Positions 1-10,335 are shown, numbered from the stretch's first letter. The stretch: DNA of 64,000 nt from Thermoplasmata archaeon (GCA_041489255.1 JBGPQV010000004.1:94984-158983), one strand, 5' to 3'. Notes: generated by a model not told the origin, from the sequence alone. Numbers and translations are program-made.

Positions 1-210
1 CATGCTGGGATTGTATTACATGTCGGCGTGGACTTCCTGACCCACACCTCGATGCCGTACCTCTGGCCCTTCGCTGAACCTGTGAGCACCTTCAGCTTTG
101 CGAGGGACTTCTGGTGGCTCATCTTGATCAACATGATCCTGTTGGCAGCTCTCCTCCCCCTGCTGCGCATCCACCTCGGGAGGGTGGAGGACACCGCGCC
201 AGGGAAATGA
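1..210 (+). CDS. Partial (3' end) membrane metal-dependent hydrolase, YdjM-like
   Basis: Frame is open from base 1: HAGIVLHVGVDFLTHTSMPYLWPF fits the H-x3-D...PxLWPF pattern, followed by a hydrophobic helix. Confidence 0.55.
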   Translation, partial: HAGIVLHVGVDFLTHTSMPYLWPFAEPVSTFSFARDFWWLILINMILLAALLPLLRIHLGRVEDTAPGK

Positions 211-217
211 CGGAGCC

Positions 218-1786
218 CTAGGCGCTCGAGAAGAACTGCCTCAGCACCGGGTGCATTTCCATCATCTGCTCTCTTCCTATCGCCTCGTACATCTGGATGA
301 TGATGCCTACGGCCAGCAATACCCCTGTGCCGCTCGCATTGCCGACAGTCCCTATCATATCAGCCACGGCCGCCAGCGCCCCCACGCCAGCTCCGCTAAT
401 CACCGTCACGACAGGAATGTACCTTTCCAAGACACGTTTGAGCACCCTTGGGTCTCGGCGGAACCCCGGGATTTGCATGCCGCTGCTCTCTATTTGCTTC
501 GCGACTGCTTCGGGGCCCATATTCGTCGTCTCAATCCAGAACTTCGCGAACATGACAGACCCGCCGACCATCACGGCCAGCCAGACGCCCAGATGCAATG
601 CGACCTGCCAATAGGCGTGTCCCCTTAGGTAGACGTCATACCTCTGCGGGTTCAGCAACGGCAGCAGCCAGTCAGAAAGCCCGCTGATCGAGGAAAGATA
701 GTAGGCGGCACCCGAGATAGGCGTCGTCTGCTGTATCAGGCCGCCCGTTACTAAAGGATCGCTCGCGGATGGATAGCCGCCTAACCACCATTGCCTGCCG
801 ACAAGCGGCCACTCCGGATGTTGCCAGAAAAGCAGCGTGAACATGCTCACGTTGGCAAGGACCGCCGCGACCAGTATGATGGGGATGTTGGACGCATACA
901 TGAGGCGTATGGGATAACGTCCTCGCGCACCTCGGGCAGCGCCGTGCGCGAGGGGCAGTTCTATGCGCGTCGATTCAACATAGGCCACCGCGAGGAATAT
1001 GATGACGGTTCCGACAAGCGCGACCACTGGGTTGGGATTCGAGAGGAGGATATTCTCATAGCCTCCGCTGGCCAGCTGATCCGCCCTGAAGTTCCCTAGG
1101 TAGAAGAGCGTCTTCGGGATTGTGCCGGTCGGAACGCCTTGGCTCACCTCCCAGTTGAACGTCCCCGTGAATATCTGCTGCGCCACGCCGGCCGCGATGA
1201 ATAGGGAAATTCCGCTCCCTATGCCCCATTTCGACACGACTTCATCCATGAGAAAAACGAGGTAGCTGCCCGCAAATAGCTGGAAGATTATGATGAACTG
1301 CGCCAAGAGATGTCCGTTGCCCGGAGAGAACCTCTCGAGACCTCCGGTGAAGCTGGCAGATGGCGTCAGAAAGCCGAACACCTGCGGGATCGCCTCGACG
1401 AAGATCATGATGATGACCAGTAGCTTCTGAGTGCCCTGGTAGACTGACTTGTCCTCGTCGTCCTTCAGATCCAGCTTGATGATCTTCGCGCCGGCGAAGA
1501 GCTGCATGATGATCGAGCCGGTGACTATGGGGCCTATGCCCAGATGCATCAGGGACCCCTGGGCCCCCGCCATGATCGCGCGCAGGCTCGAGAAGAAGTC
1601 TATGGTCTGCGTTTTATCCAAACCGTAGATGAAGATGTTCGTCATGACGAAGTACAGGACTAGAATCAGTAGAACCCACATCATCTTCGTCCGGAAGTGG
1701 ACGTGGCCCTCAGGCCTAGTCACAGCCGGCAGCCTGTCGGTCACCGGCTTCAGCTTGTAGAGCAGGCTCTTCCTTTCTTCTGCCAT
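218..1786 (-). CDS. secY: Preprotein translocase SecY
   Basis: LGIGPIVTGSII, KWGIGSGISLFI, YASNIP and IPGFRRD motifs; last gene of the r-protein operon. Confidence 0.98.
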   Translation of the reverse strand: MAEERKSLLYKLKPVTDRLPAVTRPEGHVHFRTKMMWVLLILVLYFVMTNIFIYGLDKTQTIDFFSSLRAIMAGAQGSLMHLGIGPIVTGSIIMQLFAGAKIIKLDLKDDEDKSVYQGTQKLLVIIMIFVEAIPQVFGFLTPSASFTGGLERFSPGNGHLLAQFIIIFQLFAGSYLVFLMDEVVSKWGIGSGISLFIAAGVAQQIFTGTFNWEVSQGVPTGTIPKTLFYLGNFRADQLASGGYENILLSNPNPVVALVGTVIIFLAVAYVESTRIELPLAHGAARGARGRYPIRLMYASNIPIILVAAVLANVSMFTLLFWQHPEWPLVGRQWWLGGYPSASDPLVTGGLIQQTTPISGAAYYLSSISGLSDWLLPLLNPQRYDVYLRGHAYWQVALHLGVWLAVMVGGSVMFAKFWIETTNMGPEAVAKQIESSGMQIPGFRRDPRVLKRVLERYIPVVTVISGAGVGALAAVADMIGTVGNASGTGVLLAVGIIIQMYEAIGREQMMEMHPVLRQFFSSA

Positions 1787-1798
1787 CTACTCTCCCTT

Positions 1799-2239
1799 TT
1801 AGGTCTCCTGAACCGTCGTTATGACCTTGCCTCCAGCTGCCTCAACCTTACTCTTCGCGGATTCGGTCGCCTCGGCGACAATCACCTCGAGAGGCATGTT
1901 CGCCCTCCCGGCGCCGAGCAACTTGTCGATGCCGACCATTGCCAGGTCCACTTTATAGCCAGCATCCGTCTTGTGCACCGCGCCCTTCAATCCGAACTCC
2001 GCGAGCCTGTCTTCTATGTCTCCGACATTGACGGACAGCTTCGCTTTCTTAGTCGCCGCATGGCGGACGAAACCGTGGGCGCCGAAGTGATCCGGGTCGT
2101 ACTTGATCATCCACTTGAACTTGTGTTTGTGCAGTCCGGCGTTTCCACGGCCTCCCCTGTCGCCAGCGCCCCTGCCATGCTTCTTCCCCCTGCCGTGCGT
2201 CCTGCTCCCCCTCAGCTTCTTTGTCCTGGACACCATCAC
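1799..2239 (-). CDS. rpl15: Ribosomal protein uL15
   Basis: RGSRTHGRG...GGRGNAG, KLLGAG; operon position. Confidence 0.97.
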   Translation of the reverse strand: MMVSRTKKLRGSRTHGRGKKHGRGAGDRGGRGNAGLHKHKFKWMIKYDPDHFGAHGFVRHAATKKAKLSVNVGDIEDRLAEFGLKGAVHKTDAGYKVDLAMVGIDKLLGAGRANMPLEVIVAEATESAKSKVEAAGGKVITTVQET

Positions 2240-2715
2240 TTCTCAACCCCGAGCATCCTGGTCAGCAAGTTGTCTATCTCCTTCCCTCTGTAGCCGAGGT
2301 CACCGCCTGCGCCGTAAGGGCGCTTGACACTCTTGTATCCCTTCAGTGGCGGATGGAGGCGGAGGACGGGCTTCAGTCCCTCAACATCCCGGGGGCTGGC
2401 CTCGCCTTTGGACAGCGCCTGCGTGAAATCCCAAATTGAAGAGTATTTGGAATGTGCCTTGACATATGCGTCGTTGAGACCCTCGTCCCCTTCGACATGT
2501 CCTCTCCTCAGAAGCACCCTTGCTATGATTTGGGGCGTGACCTCACCCCATGTAACATAGTCCTTGACCTTCCTGAGCATGCCGCGCGTCGACGGCGTGT
2601 CTGCCAGAATGACACAATGGTTTGCCCTCGTGAGGCGCAACATCTTGAGAGTGTCGACGACCGTCTGCCGGGCAAGGACGGTTCCCCTGATGCGTACGGC
2701 AGCGATCGCCATCAC
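2236..2715 (-). CDS. rpl30: Ribosomal protein uL30
   Basis: AAVRIRG, VKDYVTWGE, RLHPP, GDLGYRG. Confidence 0.97.
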   Translation of the reverse strand: MMAIAAVRIRGTVLARQTVVDTLKMLRLTRANHCVILADTPSTRGMLRKVKDYVTWGEVTPQIIARVLLRRGHVEGDEGLNDAYVKAHSKYSSIWDFTQALSKGEASPRDVEGLKPVLRLHPPLKGYKSVKRPYGAGGDLGYRGKEIDNLLTRMLGVEK

Positions 2716-3521
2716 TTCTCACTTCCATTCTTGGTGCTTTCGGGGGGTGCCTCGCTGGCAACGTTCTCCGCGGGCGGAGGCGCTTCTCCTTCCGGAGCAA
2801 CACCGGCGGGGACGCCCACTCCGGCTTGGGAGTAGACGAACACCTTTTCGGCTCCTGACCTTATTCGGAGCCTCGACGCCTGATCGTCGCTCACCCTCAT
2901 GAGTGACGTTTGTTTGAGGGCGTCGAATGCGGCGAGAGCGAAGTTGACCGTGGTCTTGGTATGCCCTCTGGCGAAAGCCCATGCGTCTCTTATGCCCGCA
3001 AGTCGCATGATGCTCTTGGCGACATCGCCGACGGCAATGCCTACGCCCTGGGGTGCCGGCTTGAGGACGACTTCGACAGAACCGGACCTGCCAATGACCT
3101 TGAACGGGAACGAATGGGAGCGGTAGCACCCGCATTCCCAGGAGCCACAACCCCTCTTGACCTCGATGATGCTCAGTTTTGCCATGTCGATTGCCTTGCG
3201 GATGGCGGGCCCGACCTCCTTTCCCCTCGCCCTTCCGACCCCGACGAAGCCGTCGCTATTACCCGCGACGCATGTTATGGCGAAGTTGACTCTGCGGCCG
3301 GAGTCGGTCATCCTCTGCACCATGTTGACATCGAGAACCTCGTCCTCGATCTCGGGCAGCAATATGTCCACTATCTCGGGCTCGCGGAGGGGCAGTCCGC
3401 TCCGGAACGCTTCGCTCATTGTGGTGATTTCCCCTCTGAAGACCATTTGCCCTAGCTTCGTCTTCGGGACCCACTGGCGGGTTCGGTCTTCTCTTGCTCT
3501 CCCAGAGCCTCGGCCTTGCAT
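2712..3521 (-). CDS. rps5: Ribosomal protein uS5
   Basis: WVPKTKLG, VQRMTDSGRR, RGCGSWEC. Confidence 0.97.
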   Translation of the reverse strand: MQGRGSGRAREDRTRQWVPKTKLGQMVFRGEITTMSEAFRSGLPLREPEIVDILLPEIEDEVLDVNMVQRMTDSGRRVNFAITCVAGNSDGFVGVGRARGKEVGPAIRKAIDMAKLSIIEVKRGCGSWECGCYRSHSFPFKVIGRSGSVEVVLKPAPQGVGIAVGDVAKSIMRLAGIRDAWAFARGHTKTTVNFALAAFDALKQTSLMRVSDDQASRLRIRSGAEKVFVYSQAGVGVPAGVAPEGEAPPPAENVASEAPPESTKNGSEK

Positions 3522-4021
3522 TACAGAGCCTCCAACTTTGCCTTCACGTCTTTAAAGGCTTTCATCACATTCTCACCAAGGTGTTTACCCTCAAGCCTGT
3601 CCGCCGACGGCAGCACCTCTTCGTCGTGCGGGATTTCGATGCCGGCGTCCAGGAGTCCTTTGAGACATGCAAAGACCCGTGAGCCCTTCGTGGGAGCGTT
3701 GAGACCGATATCGAGCACGGCCGACTCAATCCCTCGCGCTTTTGCCCTCTTGCCAGCAAGAAGACCAGTAAGGTATGCCGCCGGCAGGTTGCCCGTCGCG
3801 GAACCCCATCCGTAACGCACGAGTTCCCTGCTGAACGCGGACGCGACGGTCCTATCGCCATCGGGATTATAGACGACTATCTGCACGATTGCGTTCTGAA
3901 GGCTTTTCCGGAACACCGCCCTGGGTGCATTTCCCTTCAAGAGACCCAGCCTCTTGCGGTAGTCCGTCTTGCCATCCCTTCTTCTCCGGAAGGGCACCTT
4001 CGTCCTCGGCCCCTGCGTCAC
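3521..4021 (-). CDS. rpl18: Ribosomal protein uL18
   Basis: FRRRRDGKTDYRKRL, NLPAAYLTG; start moved to the GTG at 4021, which overlaps the eL19 stop. Confidence 0.96.
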   Translation of the reverse strand: MTQGPRTKVPFRRRRDGKTDYRKRLGLLKGNAPRAVFRKSLQNAIVQIVVYNPDGDRTVASAFSRELVRYGWGSATGNLPAAYLTGLLAGKRAKARGIESAVLDIGLNAPTKGSRVFACLKGLLDAGIEIPHDEEVLPSADRLEGKHLGENVMKAFKDVKAKLEAL

Positions 4022-4485
4022 TTCTTCGCCTCCTTGAGGTGGCCCGCGGCCCTGAGCTGTTGCTCGAGGTGCGCCTTGTTCTTGAACATCCCGCCCTTCG
4101 CCTGCATGTAGAGAATGCGGTAGGTGCTCTTGTCCACCCTGCCCTGCTCCTTCAGTTCCCGCAGTCTCTGTCTGAGAGGCCGGATCGTCCTGATCCATGC
4201 ATCCTTCTTGGGCATCCGGGCTCGGGCCGCGCCCTGGCGTGTTCCGTGCCCCCTTCTGCGGCCTTTCGCCTTCTGCGCCGTTATGTAGTGCTTCCTTGCG
4301 CTCGAGATGCCCTTGACGGGAAGCTTGGCTATCGTGCCCGATCGAATTGCCGTCCTTATGTCCGCCCTTGTGATTGCATCCTCAAGATCCTCGACCTTGT
4401 CAGGGTTGATCCAGACGCGGTGAATTCCGCACTTGAGCAGTTTTGCCGCCATTCGCCTCTGATTCTTAAGATCCACTCGAACCAC
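4018..4485 (-). CDS. rpl19e: Ribosomal protein eL19
   Basis: QRRMAAKLLKCG, GRRRGHG, LYMQAKGG; start may be the GTG at 4476. Confidence 0.96.
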   Translation of the reverse strand: MVRVDLKNQRRMAAKLLKCGIHRVWINPDKVEDLEDAITRADIRTAIRSGTIAKLPVKGISSARKHYITAQKAKGRRRGHGTRQGAARARMPKKDAWIRTIRPLRQRLRELKEQGRVDKSTYRILYMQAKGGMFKNKAHLEQQLRAAGHLKEAKK

Positions 4486-5209
4486 TCCTGTTCAGCACCC
4501 TGATGCCCTTTTCGGCGGCGGCTTCCTCGATCAGCTTCCTCTTTCTCATCCCGACCGCGTGCGCGATCCTGACCGCCTCCTTGGCTGGATCGACGCCCTC
4601 CAGCTGCGCGGGGTTGTGTACGAGGACCTCCTTGAAGCCCGAGGGGTGCAGCCCTCTAGTCACCTTGGGTCCCCTGAATCCGATTGAGACGACGTTGATC
4701 CTGTAATTGAAGTGCCTCCTCAGCTTCGATTGGCCGCCCTGCGGCCTACGCCATTTCAGACCGAGCTTCTTGTACCTGAACCACTCCTGTCTGAGGAAGG
4801 TCGGGCGCTTCCTCGCGATCTTGTCTCGCAGGGCGAGCTGCCGACTCCTCTCCTCGCTCGCGGCGGGCTTGATTTTCGGCACATAGGCTCCCTCCTCTTT
4901 GATCTCGACCGCGCCTTCTTCCTTCTCACCCTTCGCCTTCTCCTTCTTCTGCGCTTTGGGCGGATGCTTATCCAGATGCTCGAGAAGACGGTGACGGAGC
5001 TCATCGACCTTGCCCTCCGCGTCCAAACCGAGCTCCTTGCAGAACCCGACCAGCTCTGCCTTCTTCGCTTTCTTCACGGCCTCGAGGGTTATGACGGCGC
5101 GCGCGGGTTTTTCGGTCTCGCGCTTCGCGGTCGTGGGTGTCTTCTCATGGTCCGTCTTCTTGGCGGCAATGCCCTTATCGCGCGCCGGCGCCTTTTTCTC
5201 TTCGGCCAT
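4466..5209 (-). CDS. rpl32e: Ribosomal protein eL32 with long N-terminal extension containing a SAP-like motif
   Basis: C-terminal RPTFLRQEW...WRRPQG...RGLHPSG; N-terminal KKAELVGFCKELGLDAEGKVDELRHRL. Confidence 0.95.
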   Translation of the reverse strand: MAEEKKAPARDKGIAAKKTDHEKTPTTAKRETEKPARAVITLEAVKKAKKAELVGFCKELGLDAEGKVDELRHRLLEHLDKHPPKAQKKEKAKGEKEEGAVEIKEEGAYVPKIKPAASEERSRQLALRDKIARKRPTFLRQEWFRYKKLGLKWRRPQGGQSKLRRHFNYRINVVSIGFRGPKVTRGLHPSGFKEVLVHNPAQLEGVDPAKEAVRIAHAVGMRKRKLIEEAAAEKGIRVLNRSGSSGS

Positions 5210-5757
5210 CAGGGCACCTCCCCTGGCTTGACGACTATGTAGACTCCATCTTGGAAGACCCGTGGGTCGAAGTTCTTGATCTTGGTCGCCCGCTCGATGT
5301 TCGCAGCTGATTGGCCAACATCCTCAATGTCGTGGCCGGTGAGAATGACCTGATCCCCTTTTACCTCGACCTGCGTTTCGCCCATGATCCGCGCCCTGCG
5401 CGGGAATTTTTCCCCCAAGAAATTCTCTATGACGAATCCCCTATCCTTGACGATCAGCTTCATCGGGAAGTGGCTGTAGACCATCTTCATCTCACATCTG
5501 AAGCCATCTGTGACTCCGACGATCATGTTCCTGATGTGCGCAGAGAACGTGCCGACCAACGCTTTCTCGCGCCTGCTTGGCATCTCGCTACTGACCGTGA
5601 TGTGGTTTCCAGAGACGGCGATCTTCACACGCGGGTGCCAGAGCCTCCTGGATAGCTTGGCGCCTTTGGCCGAGACCGTGATGACATGCCCTTGGATGCT
5701 CGCCTTCATCCCCGAAGGGACCTCGATTGTTTCTTCCACTTTCCCGGCGACTGTCAT
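5209..5757 (-). CDS. rpl6: Ribosomal protein uL6
   Basis: VYSHFPM, NFLGEK, DPRVFQDG; ATG at 5757. Confidence 0.97.
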   Translation of the reverse strand: MTVAGKVEETIEVPSGMKASIQGHVITVSAKGAKLSRRLWHPRVKIAVSGNHITVSSEMPSRREKALVGTFSAHIRNMIVGVTDGFRCEMKMVYSHFPMKLIVKDRGFVIENFLGEKFPRRARIMGETQVEVKGDQVILTGHDIEDVGQSAANIERATKIKNFDPRVFQDGVYIVVKPGEVP

Positions 5758-5765
5758 GTTATCCC

Positions 5766-6155
5766 TCAGTAAACGAAGGCGAGTAGTTTCCCGCCAATCC
5801 CCTTCTCCTTTGCGATGGCCTGCGATATCACTCCCTGCGTAGTGGTCAGAATCAACAGCCCGAAATCCTGGGCAGGCAGGTACCTGGCCTCCCACTTTTC
5901 CAGCTCGGTCCTGCGCACCGCGAATCGCGGCTTGATCACGCCACAGTTGTTGATGCTGCCTTTGAGTGCTACCAGATAACGGCCGCCCTTCCCGTCCTCG
6001 ACGAACTCGAAGCCCGTGATGTAGCCGTGTTCCTGCATGACCTTCAGCACTCTGCCTACAAGCTTCGAGGCCGGCCGTAGGACGCACTTGCCCTTCCCGG
6101 TCGTCTCGGCGTTCTTCATCGTCACCATTGCGTCGTTAAGCGGGTCCTGCAGCAA
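5766..6155 (-). CDS. rps8: Ribosomal protein uS8
   Basis: DPLNDAM, INNCGVIKPRF, GGKLLAFVY; TTG at 6155 after a GGTGA SD. Confidence 0.96.
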   Translation of the reverse strand: MLQDPLNDAMVTMKNAETTGKGKCVLRPASKLVGRVLKVMQEHGYITGFEFVEDGKGGRYLVALKGSINNCGVIKPRFAVRRTELEKWEARYLPAQDFGLLILTTTQGVISQAIAKEKGIGGKLLAFVY

Positions 6156-6163
6156 TCTATCAC

Positions 6164-6310
6164 CTAGGAGTATTTCCTGAATCCAAGCTCGAATGCAATC
6201 TCTCTGAAACACTGGCGGCACAGATGCATGCCGTAACGTCTCACTATTCCCCTCTTGCGCCCGCACCTGTTGCAGCCAATCTTCCTGCCGAATTGCTTCC
6301 TCGGCTTCAC
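6164..6310 (-). CDS. rps14: Ribosomal protein uS14 (Zn-binding; below the ORF-track cutoff)
   Basis: Manual translation: [48 protein letters not shown]. Confidence 0.95.
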   Translation of the reverse strand: MKPRKQFGRKIGCNRCGRKRGIVRRYGMHLCRQCFREIAFELGFRKYS

Positions 6311-6816
6311 TCGACCACCTCCAGGCCCAGCTTCTCTCGCGCGAAGGCGATCCCGTCATCCTTGTTTAGGCGGTGGCTCGTCGACACGCGCTTGGGCGCG
6401 ATGCGCCGTCTCATGACGCGATACCCAGGCCTTGCGAGTGCCACGTTGACGTCCATGCCGACGACGCCGATCTCGGGGTCGTACTTCATGCCTTCGAACT
6501 CCGTGTAGTCCGTGATGCCGAAGCTGAAGTTACCTTGAGGGTCGAAAGAGTAAGCGGGAAGCGAGTTGTTCTTGATGGAGAGTGCCTTGCGCACGAACGT
6601 CTCCGCATCCTTCCCTCTGATCGTGACCTTCGCGCCTATCGGCATGTTCAGCCTTATGCCCCAATCCCTGATCGTGCTCCTGCTCAGGGTCTGCACAGAC
6701 TTCCTCCTCGTCACGAGGCCGAGAACCTTCTGCGCCTTGACGAGCTTCTCGCCTGCAGCGCCGACGCCGATGTTGATTACGACCTTTTCAATCCTCACGT
6801 CGCGCATCTTGTTCAT
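6307..6816 (-). CDS. rpl5: Ribosomal protein uL5
   Basis: [24 protein letters not shown]. Confidence 0.97.
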   Translation of the reverse strand: MNKMRDVRIEKVVINIGVGAAGEKLVKAQKVLGLVTRRKSVQTLSRSTIRDWGIRLNMPIGAKVTIRGKDAETFVRKALSIKNNSLPAYSFDPQGNFSFGITDYTEFEGMKYDPEIGVVGMDVNVALARPGYRVMRRRIAPKRVSTSHRLNKDDGIAFAREKLGLEVVE

Positions 6817-6824
6817 TCCAACAC

Positions 6825-7535
6825 CTACAGCGCCGCCCCTTCAGGTAGCGTGACTTCGCTTCTCTCGCCCCCTATGACGAAAACGTGGTCGATTATCGTC
6901 GAGAACCCTTCCTTGAAGTAGACCAAGTTGGCCTTCGGGTTCCTGGTGAGCTCGAGCCGGTCGATATGCGCGACTTCGCCGGCGTGGCGACCGCCTATCA
7001 AGAGGACAGTGTTCCCTCGTTCCAGCGGATATGACTCGAGGATCTTCTGGTCGGGGAGCTGTATCTTGAGCGTGGTCCTCGTCTTGTACTGATCCTTCTC
7101 CAGCAGGACATTTCTGCCGTCGTGCAGGTTCAGCTGAGTCACGCCCCCTCTGACGGTGTGCTTGTCCTCTATCCTCGCCAGCTTCCACTTCGCTTCGGAT
7201 TCCCCGATCCTGACGAGTGCCAGTCTACCCTTCCTGTCCAGGAGCATCCTGTGGGTTTCCTTGGTCTCTTCCAGGGCGAGGACATCCATCAGACCCACAG
7301 GGAACTTGAGATTCGAGACGATTCTGCCGTCCACCCGGACCTTCCTGCCGTTCAATATCGCGCTGGCCTCCCGCCAGTTGTCCGCATAGTGGAGGTAGGT
7401 CCTCAGCACGGATACGATGGGTACCGAACGCTCAGTCGGATGAGGTCCCGGCGAGGGTTTCGCCGTCCAAACCTGTACCTTCCTCTCCACCCGCCAGGTT
7501 CTCGGCGCTGCCAGCCTCTTCATGTGCTTCTTCAT
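6825..7535 (-). CDS. rps4e: Ribosomal protein eS4
   Basis: HMKRLAAP, PSPGPH, FPVGLMDV, QLNLHDGRN; ATG at 7535. Confidence 0.97.
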   Translation of the reverse strand: MKKHMKRLAAPRTWRVERKVQVWTAKPSPGPHPTERSVPIVSVLRTYLHYADNWREASAILNGRKVRVDGRIVSNLKFPVGLMDVLALEETKETHRMLLDRKGRLALVRIGESEAKWKLARIEDKHTVRGGVTQLNLHDGRNVLLEKDQYKTRTTLKIQLPDQKILESYPLERGNTVLLIGGRHAGEVAHIDRLELTRNPKANLVYFKEGFSTIIDHVFVIGGERSEVTLPEGAAL

Positions 7536-7915
7536 TCTCTCTTCCCCAGGGACTCCAACTTGCCCTTTCTCCATGCGTCCGAATCGTCGATCTTCGTGAT
7601 CATGACATTGGATGGATGGATTTTCTTGGCGACCTGCTTCCCGTCCGCCTTCGCGTGGGTGATGCCCTCGACCGTGATTATGCCCCCGCGGTAGTCGACG
7701 GTCGCGACCTTCCCCTCCTTTCCCTTGTCGTCTCCCCTCATGATGTAGACCGTGTCGCCTTTCCTCACGGGAATTGCCCGCGGATAGACGGACTTCTCGT
7801 CCTCCAAGTACTTCGATGCCAGGTGTGCCGAGAGCATCTTGCGCCTCACATGGAGCGGCGCGTTGAATGCCCTCTTCCTCTGCTTCCTCGCCTTTATCGT
7901 CGCCATTTCTGTCAC
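7532..7915 (-). CDS. rpl24: Ribosomal protein uL24
   Basis: RKQRK...NAPLH, VRKGDTV (KOW), IHPSNV. Confidence 0.97.
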   Translation of the reverse strand: MTEMATIKARKQRKRAFNAPLHVRRKMLSAHLASKYLEDEKSVYPRAIPVRKGDTVYIMRGDDKGKEGKVATVDYRGGIITVEGITHAKADGKQVAKKIHPSNVMITKIDDSDAWRKGKLESLGKRE

Positions 7916-8314
7916 CTAGACAATCATTTCCGCCGTGGCGGCTATCCTCGGCCACCTCTCCGCCGCTTCTCTCGCGACCGGACCTTTGATGTCCGATCCT
8001 TTCGTCTCACCTTCAGGCGTGATGATCACGCACGCGTTGTCATCGAACTGCACCATTGTTCCGTCTGGGCGCCTCCACGGTCTCCTCTGCCGGACTATGA
8101 CCGCGTTGAAAAGCTGCTTGCGGGTCTCGGGCGTCCCCTTCTTGACTGTCACCACGAGGATGTCCGCCACCGCCGCGCTCGGCAGGCGGCGTCTCGTCCC
8201 GTGGTACTTGGGCACCTCCACAATCTCGACGATCTTGGCACCGGTGTTGTCGATGCAATCGAGCCTTGCCCCCTTCGGCAGACCCCTCGTTCGCCTTCCA
8301 GGGAGTCCCTTCAT
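7916..8314 (-). CDS. rpl14: Ribosomal protein uL14
   Basis: [23 protein letters not shown]; ATG at 8314. Confidence 0.97.
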   Translation of the reverse strand: MKGLPGRRTRGLPKGARLDCIDNTGAKIVEIVEVPKYHGTRRRLPSAAVADILVVTVKKGTPETRKQLFNAVIVRQRRPWRRPDGTMVQFDDNACVIITPEGETKGSDIKGPVAREAAERWPRIAATAEMIV

Positions 8315-8661
8315 GCGGTCGTCCCCCTCTTCTCGATGACAACGAACGAGACTGTCTTGCTGAGCGGCCGACATTCCATCAGTGTCACCTTATCGCCTTC
8401 CGCGAGGCCGAGGCACGGAGGGCTGTGCGCGCGCAGGCGCCTCGTTCTCTTCTCGAACCTCTCGTACTTGGTGATAGTCTTCATGTATTCCCTCTTAACG
8501 ACGACGGTCTTGCCCATCTTCGTCGACACCACGACCCCACTCAGGATCTGGCCTCTCACGCTCAAGTTCCCATGGAATGGGCAGTGCTTGTCGTCGCAGG
8601 TCGCCTTGGGCGGGGCGACGTCGATTCCTATGTCCCTTGCTTTGCTGGTCTTCTTTGGCAA
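8311..8661 (-). CDS. rps17: Ribosomal protein uS17
   Basis: [19 protein letters not shown]. Confidence 0.97.
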   Translation of the reverse strand: MPKKTSKARDIGIDVAPPKATCDDKHCPFHGNLSVRGQILSGVVVSTKMGKTVVVKREYMKTITKYERFEKRTRRLRAHSPPCLGLAEGDKVTLMECRPLSKTVSFVVIEKRGTTA

Positions 8662-8665
8662 TTGC

Positions 8666-8917
8666 TCACCTCGCCCTCTTGATCCGCTCCTCTGGCCTGA
8701 ATAGTATGTCCTCTCCGTGAACTTCGATTCCGCCGCGGATGTCGAACCGGAACAGTGCGCCCTTCTTCTGTACCATTTTCTCCTTTCCTTCCTTCTCTAT
8801 GATTAGGGTCTTCATGGTCTCGTCCACCACGCGGCCCCTCAGCCCGGTTTGGCTGGGGTCCGTGGCCCCGATGACCTCGACATGAAGCCCGATCAGTTCT
8901 CCTTTTCGGATGCTCAC
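8666..8917 (-). CDS. rnp1: RNase P protein component 1 (Rpp29)
   Basis: ELIGLHVEV, GRVVDET, RPEERIK; conserved position. Confidence 0.93.
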   Translation of the reverse strand: MSIRKGELIGLHVEVIGATDPSQTGLRGRVVDETMKTLIIEKEGKEKMVQKKGALFRFDIRGGIEVHGEDILFRPEERIKRAR

Positions 8918-8918
8918 A

Positions 8919-9218
8919 TCACCTTACCTCGGCGGTGAAACCCATCTCTTCCAGGGTCTGCTTGACCTTCTTGCGGTGCTCGCCCTGGAGCTCTATTTTT
9001 CCATCTTTCGCAGTCCCGCCAGCGGCGCACTTAGTCTTCAGCACACGGGCTAGTTCCTGCAGATCGATGTCGCTCGAGTCTATGCCCGCGACTATCGTCA
9101 CCGTCTTCCCGTACCGCCTCCTGTCGCTGTAAATCTTGATATGCTGCTGCTCGCGGGCGATCTCTTCACACATGCACAGCTCCTCTGGCAAACCGCAGAC
9201 GGAGCAAATGCCGGGCAT
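8919..9218 (-). CDS. Translation initiation factor SUI1 (aIF1)
   Basis: [32 protein letters not shown]. Confidence 0.95.
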   Translation of the reverse strand: MPGICSVCGLPEELCMCEEIAREQQHIKIYSDRRRYGKTVTIVAGIDSSDIDLQELARVLKTKCAAGGTAKDGKIELQGEHRKKVKQTLEEMGFTAEVR

Positions 9219-9460
9219 TATTTCGCTGCCTCCTTTGGCACTTTCTTCTCACCTCTGGTTCTCTTCTCCTCTTCCTTCATGATAGTGATCAGGCGGTTGA
9301 TGCTCTTTCTGAGCGCGCGGATCCTTCCCGGGCTCGGCGGTGCGCCGCCCATCGCCGCCACGCCGCGCTCGTGCATCAGGTCGGTCCTCAGTTCCTTCAG
9401 CTTGGCGACTCTCGCCTCGGGGTCCATCTCCCGTATCTCGCGCGGCCTGATCAGAGTCAT
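9218..9460 (-). CDS. rpl29: Ribosomal protein uL29
   Basis: EIREM...[16 protein letters not shown]; operon position. Confidence 0.95.
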   Translation of the reverse strand: MTLIRPREIREMDPEARVAKLKELRTDLMHERGVAAMGGAPPSPGRIRALRKSINRLITIMKEEEKRTRGEKKVPKEAAK

Positions 9461-10335
9461 TACTTTGTCTCCTTCTTCTTCGTCTCGACATCCACGTTCA
9501 TTTCTGCGCCGAGCTCCTTTGCTTCCCTGAGGACCTTCTTGAGCCTCTTCTCCGCGACTTTTCCGGTCTTGACCTTCTCCCCCTTCTCGTTCTTCCCTTC
9601 CTCCACCGTAGCGGAGGCGGGTTCGGTCGGGGGCTCAACCGGCTCGGGCATCTCGCCCGGAACCGGAGAGATTGGCGCGCCCTTGGCGGGCGGCGGTGCT
9701 TCCGTGGCGGCTGCCGTTTCCGCGGGTTGCGTGGGCAATTTCATCTCGAGCACTTCGATTTCGTCGGGGAGTTTCGCATTCGGGTCCATTATCTCCACGG
9801 TGACGCCGATTACTCCCGGCTTCAGCTTGGCGATCGTGAAACCCTTTCTCATGAACAGGTTCCTCGGTTCCCCGCAGTATTTTATGTGGCCGGCCTTGAA
9901 CTTCTGAGTCCTGTGGCGCTGGCTGGTGAGCTTGCCTGCGATGATGATCAAGCAGCCCTTCGCCCCTGCGTCCATTATCCGCCTGACTGTCGAGTGGCCA
10001 GCGCGGCGGAAATGCCAACCCCTCTCAAGGGCGTTCGCGAGCTTCTCCGCCATGACCTGGGCGTTCAGCGAAGGGTTCTCGGTCTCCTGGACCTCTATCT
10101 GGGGGTTGTTGAACTGGAACTTCGAGGAAACGGCCTCAGTCAAGGCCTTGATGGCCTCTCCCTTGCGGCCGATGATGAGACCCGGGCGCTCCGCTATGAG
10201 GGTAACCCTTGTCCCCATGGGTGTCCTCTGGATGTCCACGCCGCCGAAGCCGGCCCTCTGTGTCTCCTTCATGAGGTATTCCTTCAGCAGAACGCGCTTG
10301 ATTTTATCGGCCACGATCTTCCTTTCGCTCGCCAC
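9460..10335 (-). CDS. rps3: Ribosomal protein uS3
   Basis: RAGFGG, RPGLIIGRKG, LERGWHFRRAG; GTG at 10335. Confidence 0.97.
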   Translation of the reverse strand: MASERKIVADKIKRVLLKEYLMKETQRAGFGGVDIQRTPMGTRVTLIAERPGLIIGRKGEAIKALTEAVSSKFQFNNPQIEVQETENPSLNAQVMAEKLANALERGWHFRRAGHSTVRRIMDAGAKGCLIIIAGKLTSQRHRTQKFKAGHIKYCGEPRNLFMRKGFTIAKLKPGVIGVTVEIMDPNAKLPDEIEVLEMKLPTQPAETAAATEAPPPAKGAPISPVPGEMPEPVEPPTEPASATVEEGKNEKGEKVKTGKVAEKRLKKVLREAKELGAEMNVDVETKKKETK

